32,000 bases of DNA from Formosa sp. Hel1_33_131 (GTDB lineage: Bacteria; Bacteroidota; Bacteroidia; Flavobacteriales; Flavobacteriaceae), in the NCBI RefSeq assembly GCF_001735745.1, contig NZ_CP017260.1, forward strand, positions 2,490,001 through 2,522,000, written 5' to 3'. Shown here in pieces: positions 15,932-22,293 of the stretch. The translations under genes and the position numbers were made by a program. The notes below the pieces were generated by a model. It was not told the DNA's origin. It saw only the letters and a list, made by a program, of their open reading frames with translations, and did no database searches. Each line of letters opens with the position of its first letter. Within the stretch, counting starts at the first letter, position 1.

Positions 15932-16024
15932 TTGCCAACTGGTTATATGGAGAACAAACCTCCTGTTTATACGTCTCTATTTCCGGATAATAGGAACTTT
16001 TGGTTTCTTTATCCAAAATCAAAT
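15932..16024 (-). other. Site D: attI-like or half-attC junction site between repeat Y and the 123-aa cassette. It ends (minus strand) ...CCATATAAccaGTTGGCAA.
   Basis: Homologous to site B. Contains GTTATATG (15942-15949) and GTTTATAC (15965-15972). Confidence 0.4.
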
Positions 16025-16248
16025 GTACAAGCATCTTGCTTGCCCCCGCATCTATAATTCAAATAAAACAATCGCTTACAACGGGTTAAGCTGCTTATGA
16101 AGATTTAGATTTGGGGTCTAAAATCTATCAAACTTATGAAATAGTTTATAAACTTTAAAAAAAAGTATCCATTAATTTATGTAAACAGCTGTAAATAAAT
16201 CAATTTTATTAATTTACAGTCGCATGGTTCACTTAAAACTTGAATTTT
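16025..16248 (+). repeat. Repeat Y, copy c
   Basis: Together with the att segment that follows, it matches copy b at 275 of 276 positions. It lacks the first 12 nt of Y (taactgatttta). Confidence 0.9.
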
Positions 16249-16300
16249 TGCAATTTGGATTACGGTCTATCTTCTAGCATTAATTCAATCTTATTTTATA
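16249..16300 (+). repeat. att-like 52-bp segment, copy 3 (attR-like); followed by unique chromosomal sequence aatttgcacactgcaaatagg
   Basis: Identical to copy 2. Homology to X is absent to its right. Confidence 0.8.
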
Positions 16301-16348
16301 AATTTGCACACTGCAAATAGGACACATTTTTTTTAACTATAATCAAGG

Positions 16349-16819
16349 ATGAAATACACAAGACTTACCAAAGAACAGTTGGAGGAATTAAACCAAGAGT
16401 TTATTAATTTTTTAGCAACGCAATCCATCACGGCAGATGAATGGAAAGAGATCAAGGAACAGAAGCCCGAAGTGGCAGAAGAGGAATTGGATATTTTTAG
16501 CGACTTGGTTTGGGAAGGCGTGTTGTCAAAAGTGGAGTATCTAGAAAATATAGCGCCGCAGCACATGTATCTGTTTAAAGTGGATGCATCGCAGTTGCGA
16601 TTGATTGGACTCAAAATAAAAAAAGAGGACATTGATTTGACCACCAAAGAAGGGTTTGGGTGGTTAAGAGAAAATTTGATGTCCGACGAGGTCGAATTGT
16701 TCAATGCCGATAAAACGCTTGAAGCCGATAAAAACACAAAAATATTTGAACTTATCGTGCAAGGGTCTAACATCACAAAAGGCGATCTTTATAAGTATTT
16801 AGAAGATCTAATTGGATAG
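16349..16819 (+). CDS. Conserved hypothetical protein (acidic, 156 aa; possibly the Bacteroidota DUF6495 family)
   Basis: Long intact ORF upstream of hisS on the same strand. The antisense ORF 16333-16776 is Ser-rich and of low complexity, so it is judged spurious. Confidence 0.65.
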   Translation: MKYTRLTKEQLEELNQEFINFLATQSITADEWKEIKEQKPEVAEEELDIFSDLVWEGVLSKVEYLENIAPQHMYLFKVDASQLRLIGLKIKKEDIDLTTKEGFGWLRENLMSDEVELFNADKTLEADKNTKIFELIVQGSNITKGDLYKYLEDLIG

Positions 16820-16859
16820 GTTCATAAAAAGAGAGATATTTGTTAATTAAAGCAAAACC

Positions 16860-18230
16860 ATGGTATCTAAACCACGCATATCTAAAGGAACGCGAGATTT
16901 TTCTCCAAAGCAGTTGGCAAATCGCGACTACATTTTTAGTACCATAAAATCAAATTTTAAAAAATTTGGATTCCAGCCCATTGAAACACCGAGTTTTGAA
17001 TTGGCGGAAACCTTATTGGGGAAATATGGAGAAGAAGGAGATCGCCTCATTTTTAAGATTTTAAACTCTGGCGATAAAGTCAAAAAAGCAGATTTGCAAG
17101 CCCTTGAAGATGGCAACTTAGCACGCTTTTCAAATTCACTCACAGAGAAAGCTTTGCGCTACGATCTGACTGTGCCTTTTGCACGTTATGTAGCACAATA
17201 CCAAAACGATATTGTATTCCCATTCAAACGCTATCAAATTCAACCCGTTTGGCGGGCCGATCGTCCTCAAAAAGGACGGTTTCAAGAATTTTATCAGTGT
17301 GATGCGGATGTGGTCGGCTCCAAATCCTTATGGCAAGAAATTGAATTCATTCAATTGTATGACGCCGTTTTTTCAGATTTAAACCTAAAGGGCGTTACCA
17401 TAAAAATAAACAACAGAAAAATATTAGCAGGCATCGCCGAATTGATTGGTGCTCAAGACAAGCTCATCGATTTTACGGTCGCTTTGGATAAGCTTGATAA
17501 AATAGGAGCGGAAAAAGTTAAAGAAGAAATGCTTAAAAAAGGCATCACTTCTGAAGGCATTTCTAAACTCGAACCTCTTTTTAATTTGACAGGTGATTTC
17601 TCAGATCAATTACAATCTTTAAAATCAATTTTAAGCACTTCTACGGAAGGCATAAAAGGCGTAGAAGAACTAGAGTTTATTGCGTCTTCTGTGGCTGCAT
17701 TAGGGCTTAAAACTGCCAAACTACAAATGGATGTCACCCTAGCACGGGGTCTTAATTACTACACAGGTGCTATTTTTGAAGTGGCTGCACCAGAATCTGT
17801 ACAAATGGGTTCCATTGGCGGCGGTGGTCGTTACGATGATTTGACCGGCATATTTGGACTCAAAGATGTGAGTGGGGTAGGGATTAGTTTTGGATTGGAC
17901 CGAATTTATTTGGTCTTGGAAGAATTAAACTTATTTCCAACAGATAAAACACTATCCACCAAAGTACTTTTTATCAATTTTGGAACTTCAGAAAGTTTGT
18001 ACAGCTTAAAAGCGATTACAGCCTTGAGATCAAAATCCATTGCCACTGAATTATATCCGGATGCTGCGAAGCTAAAAAAGCAAATGATGTACTGCAACAA
18101 GCGCGAAATACCTTATGTAGTTATGGTTGGAGAATCGGAAATAGAACAGAATAAATACTTGTTAAAAGACATGAATTCTGGGGAGCAGCAATTGGTTGCT
18201 TTAGAGGAACTTATGAAAATCGTTTCTTAA
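16860..18230 (+). CDS. hisS: Histidine--tRNA ligase
   Basis: 456 aa. Class II motifs (RYDLTVPFARY, FKRYQIQPVWRADRPQKGRFQEFYQCD, GGGGRYD, GISFGLDR). Confidence 0.95.
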   Translation: MVSKPRISKGTRDFSPKQLANRDYIFSTIKSNFKKFGFQPIETPSFELAETLLGKYGEEGDRLIFKILNSGDKVKKADLQALEDGNLARFSNSLTEKALRYDLTVPFARYVAQYQNDIVFPFKRYQIQPVWRADRPQKGRFQEFYQCDADVVGSKSLWQEIEFIQLYDAVFSDLNLKGVTIKINNRKILAGIAELIGAQDKLIDFTVALDKLDKIGAEKVKEEMLKKGITSEGISKLEPLFNLTGDFSDQLQSLKSILSTSTEGIKGVEELEFIASSVAALGLKTAKLQMDVTLARGLNYYTGAIFEVAAPESVQMGSIGGGGRYDDLTGIFGLKDVSGVGISFGLDRIYLVLEELNLFPTDKTLSTKVLFINFGTSESLYSLKAITALRSKSIATELYPDAAKLKKQMMYCNKREIPYVVMVGESEIEQNKYLLKDMNSGEQQLVALEELMKIVS

Positions 18231-18232
18231 TA

Positions 18233-18270
18233 TTTTTGCAAAAAACACCTCCTTTTCTTATATTTGGATT
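18233..18270 (+). promoter_or_regulatory. Bacteroidota-type promoter of TA-like module 1 (TTG at 18236-18238, TATATTTG at 18259-18266)
   Basis: Matches the -33 TTG / -7 TAnnTTTG consensus. The same block (tttgc..aaaa.c.tc.ttttc..tatattt) precedes modules 2 (18734-18766) and 3 (19222-19253). Confidence 0.5.
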
Positions 18271-18285
18271 ATAAACATTAAAAAA

Positions 18286-18477
18286 ATGACCACAATTACG
18301 ATTGAAAACGGCAAAGATCTTCCCCAAAAAACATTTAGCAATTGGGAAGAACTGCGAAATATATTGAATTTTATGGCGCTTCAGTTTAAGCAAACTAAAG
18401 AATCTTCTACCATACCCGAAAATCTAAAAGAGAAACCATTATCAGCTTTCAACTACCTGACTGATGAAAGTTTATGA
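18286..18477 (+). CDS. Putative antitoxin of TA-like module 1 (63 aa)
   Basis: Starts MTTITIENGKDLP. Upstream partner, overlapping the next ORF by 14 nt. Paralogous to 18786-18977 and 19274-19474. Confidence 0.55.
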   Translation: MTTITIENGKDLPQKTFSNWEELRNILNFMALQFKQTKESSTIPENLKEKPLSAFNYLTDESL

Positions 18478-18700
18478 AACTGACACAGCAGTTGCCTATT
18501 TAAAAAAGAGAGAACTCATTAAACCGTATCTCAAAGCCAAACAATACTTTGAGCAAGGACATACTCGAATGGTTAAGCTAAAACTATTACAACCTAAGAA
18601 AAATAAAGAATACCAATTTAGGATAAACGATAAATATCGTGCTCGTGGTTTTTACAAAGAAAACGGTTTTTTGGTCACTGAAATATCCGACCATCAGTAA
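18464..18700 (+). CDS. Putative RelE/ParE/HigB-superfamily-like toxin of module 1 (78 aa)
   Basis: ...YQFRINDKYRARGFYKENGFLVTEISDHQ* resembles the HigB/ParE-like C-terminal pattern (RIN..YR..F.......V.I.DH). The family assignment is tentative. Confidence 0.5.
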   Translation: MKVYETDTAVAYLKKRELIKPYLKAKQYFEQGHTRMVKLKLLQPKKNKEYQFRINDKYRARGFYKENGFLVTEISDHQ

Positions 18701-18785
18701 AACTTCAAGAGATATTCCCCCACCCAAACAAAAATTTGCACAAAAACCCTCTTTTCCATATATTTAACTGTTAATAATAAAAAAA

Positions 18786-18977
18786 ATGACGACAATTACT
18801 ATCAAAGACGGACAAAAATTACCAAAAACTGAGTTTGGAACAATCAAAGATTTTCTAGAATGGGCTGTTGATCATTTTCAAGAAGAAATACCTTTGTCAG
18901 AAAAAACTATCAAGAAAGCAGCAAAAGCCAAGAAAGAAATTTCATCGCCAAACTCAACTTTTAAACCGGCATTATAA
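18786..18977 (+). CDS. Putative antitoxin of TA-like module 2 (63 aa)
   Basis: Starts MTTITIKDGQKLP. Its stop overlaps the next start as TAATG. Confidence 0.55.
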   Translation: MTTITIKDGQKLPKTEFGTIKDFLEWAVDHFQEEIPLSEKTIKKAAKAKKEISSPNSTFKPAL

Positions 18978-19213
18978 TGCTCGTGTTTGATAATGAAAAT
19001 GCTCGAAAAGATTTACAAAAATTTCAATTAACCAAGCAATACAAAAAAGCTTGTGATTATATTCGTGATGACCAATATTATAAGGTTCAATTAAAACTGC
19101 GGAAACCGAAATCAAAAGGTATTTACCAGTTTAGAATTTATAAAAAATACCGTGCCTTTGCTATCAAAAAAGAACAAACTTTATTTGTTTTTGAAATCTT
19201 CGACCATCAGTAA
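18977..19213 (+). CDS. Putative RelE/ParE-like toxin of module 2 (78 aa)
   Basis: ...YQFRIYKKYRAFAIKKEQTLFVFEIFDHQ*, paralogous to 18464-18700. Confidence 0.5.
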   Translation: MLVFDNENARKDLQKFQLTKQYKKACDYIRDDQYYKVQLKLRKPKSKGIYQFRIYKKYRAFAIKKEQTLFVFEIFDHQ

Positions 19214-19273
19214 AACAAAAATTTGCCCAAAAAACCTCTTTTCCGTATATTTGGACTGTAAATAATAAAAAAA

Positions 19274-19474
19274 ATGACCACAATTACCATAAAAGAAGGC
19301 AACGCTTTATCCCGTTCTGTATTTTGAACATTTGAAGATCTCATTGAGGAGTACTACGCTTCCAAAGGAGTTGTGTTATTACATCAAATTGATCTAGAAG
19401 ACTTGCCAGCAGCCTCTCAAAAGTTGATTGAAGAATCCAAGAAAAAGGGAAAAAAAGATTTGCATGATTTTTAG
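19274..19474 (+). pseudogene. Antitoxin-like gene of module 3, interrupted by an in-frame TGA at 19325-19327
   Basis: MTTITIKEGNALSRSVF*TFEDLIEEYYASKG...HDF*. The frame is otherwise open to 19474. Missing from the ORF track because of the stop. Confidence 0.7.
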
Positions 19475-19476
19475 GG

Positions 19477-19713
19477 ATGAAAGTAAGAGAAAGACAGAAA
19501 GCCATTGATTATTTAAAGAAAAGACAACTCGAAACATCGTACTTTAAAGCAAAATCATATTTATCTAAAGACCAATTCAAAATGGTCGATTTTAAATTGA
19601 GACAACCAAAATCAGATGGAATTTATTATTTTCGAATCACCCGAAAATACTAGGCTATAGGTCACTTTATCGATGATGTTTTTGTTGTTACTGAAATCTC
19701 TGATCATCAGTGA
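19477..19713 (+). pseudogene. Toxin-like gene of module 3, interrupted by an in-frame TAG at 19651-19653
   Basis: MKVRERQKAIDYLKKRQLETSYFKAKSYLSKDQFKMVDFKLRQPKSDGIYYFRITRKY*AIGHFIDDVFVVTEISDHQ*. The TAG replaces the conserved Arg codon (KYRA) of modules 1 and 2. Confidence 0.7.
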
Positions 19714-19757
19714 AACTTCAGAATAAACAGCACAAAAGAAAACTTGTTTTTAGCCAT

Positions 19758-19787
19758 AAAAAAAAGACTCTCAATTTCTTGAAAGTC
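19758..19787 (-). terminator. Rho-independent terminator downstream of the tRNA
   Basis: Minus strand: gactttcaa-gaaa-ttgagagtc followed by T8. Confidence 0.65.
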
Positions 19788-19803
19788 CTTTGATTATCTA
19801 GTA

Positions 19804-19877
19804 GCGAGAGCGGGGCACGATCCCGCGACCTCCGGGTTATGAATCCGACGCTCTAACCAGCTGAGCTACCTCGCCAT
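19804..19877 (-). tRNA. tRNA with a CAT anticodon (Met, or Ile2 if lysidine-modified); 74 nt, no encoded CCA
   Basis: Minus strand: GGCGAGG-TA-GCTCAGCTGGTTAGAGC-G-TCGGA-TTCATAA-CCCGG-AGGTC-GCGGG-ATCGTGC-CCCGC-TCTCGCT-A. This folds as a cloverleaf. The acceptor stem has G1.U72 and G7.U66. Confidence 0.85.
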
Positions 19878-20011
19878 AATTTAGATGGCTGCAAATATAA
19901 AAACAATATATCGCCTCACAAATAAATACCCCTTTAAAAAAAAATTAAAATTCCTAACAGAACTAACCAATTATTGTATATATTGGATTTTTTTAAATTT
20001 CAAATCACCCA

Positions 20012-20398
20012 ATGAGTAATAAAATTAAATTCGAGTTAGAATACCCAATACAAGCGTCCCCTCAATTGTTGTATCAATACATCTCAACGCCTTCTGGATT
20101 GTCAGAATGGTTTGCAGACAATGTGAACTCAAGAGGTGAATTGTTTACCTTTATATGGGATGATTCAGAAGAAGAAGCCAAATTGTTAACGAAAAAAAAT
20201 GGCGAGCGTGCCAAATTCAAATGGCTCGACGGCAATGAAGATCAGTCTTATTTTGAAATCAGAATTCAAGTTGATGGAATCACAAAAGATGTGTCGTTAA
20301 TGGTCACCGATTTTGCCGAAGACGACGAAGTAGAAGAAACAAAGATGCTTTGGGACAACCAAATATCGGATTTGAAGCAAATCTTAGGTTCTTCCTAG
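20012..20398 (+). CDS. START-like/AHSA1-like (SRPBCC-fold) domain protein
   Basis: 128 aa. The pattern ...PQLLYQYISTPSGLSEWFADNV... is typical of small START-like proteins in Bacteroidota. Confidence 0.55.
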   Translation: MSNKIKFELEYPIQASPQLLYQYISTPSGLSEWFADNVNSRGELFTFIWDDSEEEAKLLTKKNGERAKFKWLDGNEDQSYFEIRIQVDGITKDVSLMVTDFAEDDEVEETKMLWDNQISDLKQILGSS

Positions 20399-20425
20399 AC
20401 ATTTTTTTATTTTTAAACTATATTT

Positions 20426-20451
20426 GTCCTGATTAAATCAGGACTTTTTTT
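20426..20451 (+). terminator. Rho-independent terminator
   Basis: gtcctgat-taa-atcaggac followed by T7, ending at the next gene's ATG. Confidence 0.65.
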
Positions 20452-21297
20452 ATGATAAATAGTAACGGCGAATTACTTTCGGAGCAGCAAGCAAAACTTT
20501 CGGTATTCAATCGAGGATTGGCATATGGAGATGCCCTTTTTGAAACGATTAAAACCTTAAATGGAAAAATCCTGTTTTGGGAAGATCATTACTTTCGATT
20601 GATGGCCTCCATGCGAATTCTTAGAATGGAAATTCCGATGGCATTTACCCCAGAATCTTTAGAATCTCAAATTCTAGAATTGTTAACGCATTACAATTCA
20701 AATTCAAATTCTTTTAGAGTTAAATTCACGGTTTTTAGAAACCAAGGTGGATTTTACACCCCTCATACCAACGACGTTTCCTATTTTATAACGGCAGAAT
20801 CGTTAGAGGCGGATTTATACTTGCTAAACACTTCGGATTATAGAGTAGAGTTGTTCAAGGATTTTTATGTCGCACCAGGGCTTTTATCTACCCTAAAAAC
20901 CAATAATAAGGTATTGAATGTTTTAGGGAGTGTGTATGCAAAAGAGAATCAATATGATAATTGCTTACTGCTGAACACCAATAAAAGTATTGTGGAAGCC
21001 CTCAATGGGAATCTATTTTTAGTAAAAGACAATGTTATTAAAACACCGCCTTTAGAAGATGGCTGTTTGAAAGGCATCATGCGAAAGCAAGTTTTAGAAA
21101 TTATCAAAAAAATTCCTGATTTTGAATGTGTTGAAGCCTCTATATCTCCATTTGAATTGCAAAAAGCAGACGAGTTGTTTGTGACCAATGTGATCCAAGG
21201 GATTCAGCCAATTACAGCGTTTAGAAAAAAGAATTTTACCACAGCAGTGAGTCAAAGTATTTTAGCGAAGCTAAACATGACCGTAAGACTGTCTTAG
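20452..21297 (+). CDS. pabC: Class IV aminotransferase-fold protein, probably aminodeoxychorismate lyase
   Basis: 281 aa. Contains RGLAYGDALFETIK, EALNGNLF and GCLKGIMR, typical of PabC/IlvE-fold enzymes. Confidence 0.75.
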   Translation: MINSNGELLSEQQAKLSVFNRGLAYGDALFETIKTLNGKILFWEDHYFRLMASMRILRMEIPMAFTPESLESQILELLTHYNSNSNSFRVKFTVFRNQGGFYTPHTNDVSYFITAESLEADLYLLNTSDYRVELFKDFYVAPGLLSTLKTNNKVLNVLGSVYAKENQYDNCLLLNTNKSIVEALNGNLFLVKDNVIKTPPLEDGCLKGIMRKQVLEIIKKIPDFECVEASISPFELQKADELFVTNVIQGIQPITAFRKKNFTTAVSQSILAKLNMTVRLS

Positions 21298-21854
21298 TTA
21301 TACGAGGGGTTTTCGGGTGCATTGGACCAGATGCTATAATCGCCACCGAGTTCCAGCATTTTCTCTTTCCAAAAACTCGTATTTACCTTTTCAATAATTG
21401 TTTTAGGGTGTTTGTTTTCAGATAGTATCCATGTGTGTGCTAATAATTCAGAGGTCAATTGATTGGTTTCCCATCCCGAATAGCCAAGAAAAAATCGAAT
21501 GTCATTAGAATCTAATTTGTTCTGTTGAATCAATTCGGTGACTTTTTCAAAATTTCCACCCCAGTACAATCCTTGTGAAATTTCAATACTGTCCGGAATA
21601 AGCGTTGGAATTTTATGGATGTAATAAAGATTGTCTTGTTCAACTGGGCCACCATTGTAAACTTTGAACGGAATTTCTATTTCAGGAATCAAGTCTTGAA
21701 GCGTGAAACTCAGCGGCTTATTTAGAATAAATCCAATAGAGCCTTCGGTATTATGGTCTGCGATAATAATAATAGACCTATTGAATGACAGATCACCAAT
21801 AATAGAGGGTTCTGCAATTAATAAATGACCTTTTTTCAAATGGATATTTGACAT
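21294..21854 (-). CDS. YqgE/AlgH family protein (UPF0301)
   Basis: 186 aa. Contains LLIAEP...F.RSIIII..H..EGS.GFILNKP and GGPV...RFFLGYSGW. Confidence 0.85.
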   Translation of the reverse strand: MSNIHLKKGHLLIAEPSIIGDLSFNRSIIIIADHNTEGSIGFILNKPLSFTLQDLIPEIEIPFKVYNGGPVEQDNLYYIHKIPTLIPDSIEISQGLYWGGNFEKVTELIQQNKLDSNDIRFFLGYSGWETNQLTSELLAHTWILSENKHPKTIIEKVNTSFWKEKMLELGGDYSIWSNAPENPSYN

Positions 21855-22004
21855 CTTTAGCTCTAATTAACAACTAAATATAGCAATTTTATTTTAAACG
21901 CAACAATTCAAATACAATCAATATATTAAAAAAACTTTATTTAATGTTTTTAGAGAAGAGGTCTATAATGATGAAACAAGGCTAAAAACAGATAGAAAGT
22001 TGTT

Positions 22005-22277
22005 TTAGTTTAAGGAATTTGTCAATTGAGAACTCGCCTTAAATTTTATTACATTTTTTGTAGGAATCGCTAAGGGTTCATTAGTTTTAGGATTTCGCCC
22101 CATGCGTGCCGAGCGTTCATAAACAGACCAAGTACCAAATCCCGCCAATGAAACTTTGTTGCCCTTTTGAAGCGATTCAGCGGTTGCCTCCATGAAAGCT
22201 TCTAAGGCTTTTTGAGCGGATGCTTTTGAAATTCCAGCACGTACTGCCATGTGTTCTATAAGATCGTTTTTTTTCAT
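22005..22277 (-). CDS. HU-family DNA-binding protein
   Basis: MKKNDLIEHMAVRAGISKASAQKALEAFMEA...GFGTWSVYERSARMGRNPKTNEPLAIP. I prefer the start at 22277; the track start at 22331 overlaps fmt. Confidence 0.9.
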   Translation of the reverse strand: MKKNDLIEHMAVRAGISKASAQKALEAFMEATAESLQKGNKVSLAGFGTWSVYERSARMGRNPKTNEPLAIPTKNVIKFKASSQLTNSLN

Positions 22278-22293
22278 TGTTTTGTGGTTGGTT

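Noticed and set aside
9008-16248. Integrase or IntI gene expected for an integrative element or integron
   Set aside because: I looked on both strands and found none. The only recombinase-type ORF is the IS1182-family DDE transposase. I therefore do not call a complete integron or an autonomous integrative element.
16333-16776. 147-aa minus-strand ORF overlapping 16349-16819
   Set aside because: It is antisense to a well-formed acidic protein ORF and its product is Ser/Asn-rich and of low complexity. Similar antisense shadow ORFs were also rejected, for example 5363-5683, 2804-3046, 12047-12292, 12386-12670, 14497-14721 and 27436-27708.
19274-19713. In-frame TGA/TAG in module 3 as programmed recoding (selenocysteine, pyrrolysine or readthrough)
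   Set aside because: Two different stop codons occur in two genes, no SECIS-like hairpin is evident directly downstream of the TGA, and the TAG replaces a conserved Arg codon through several substitutions. Pseudogenisation is the simpler explanation.
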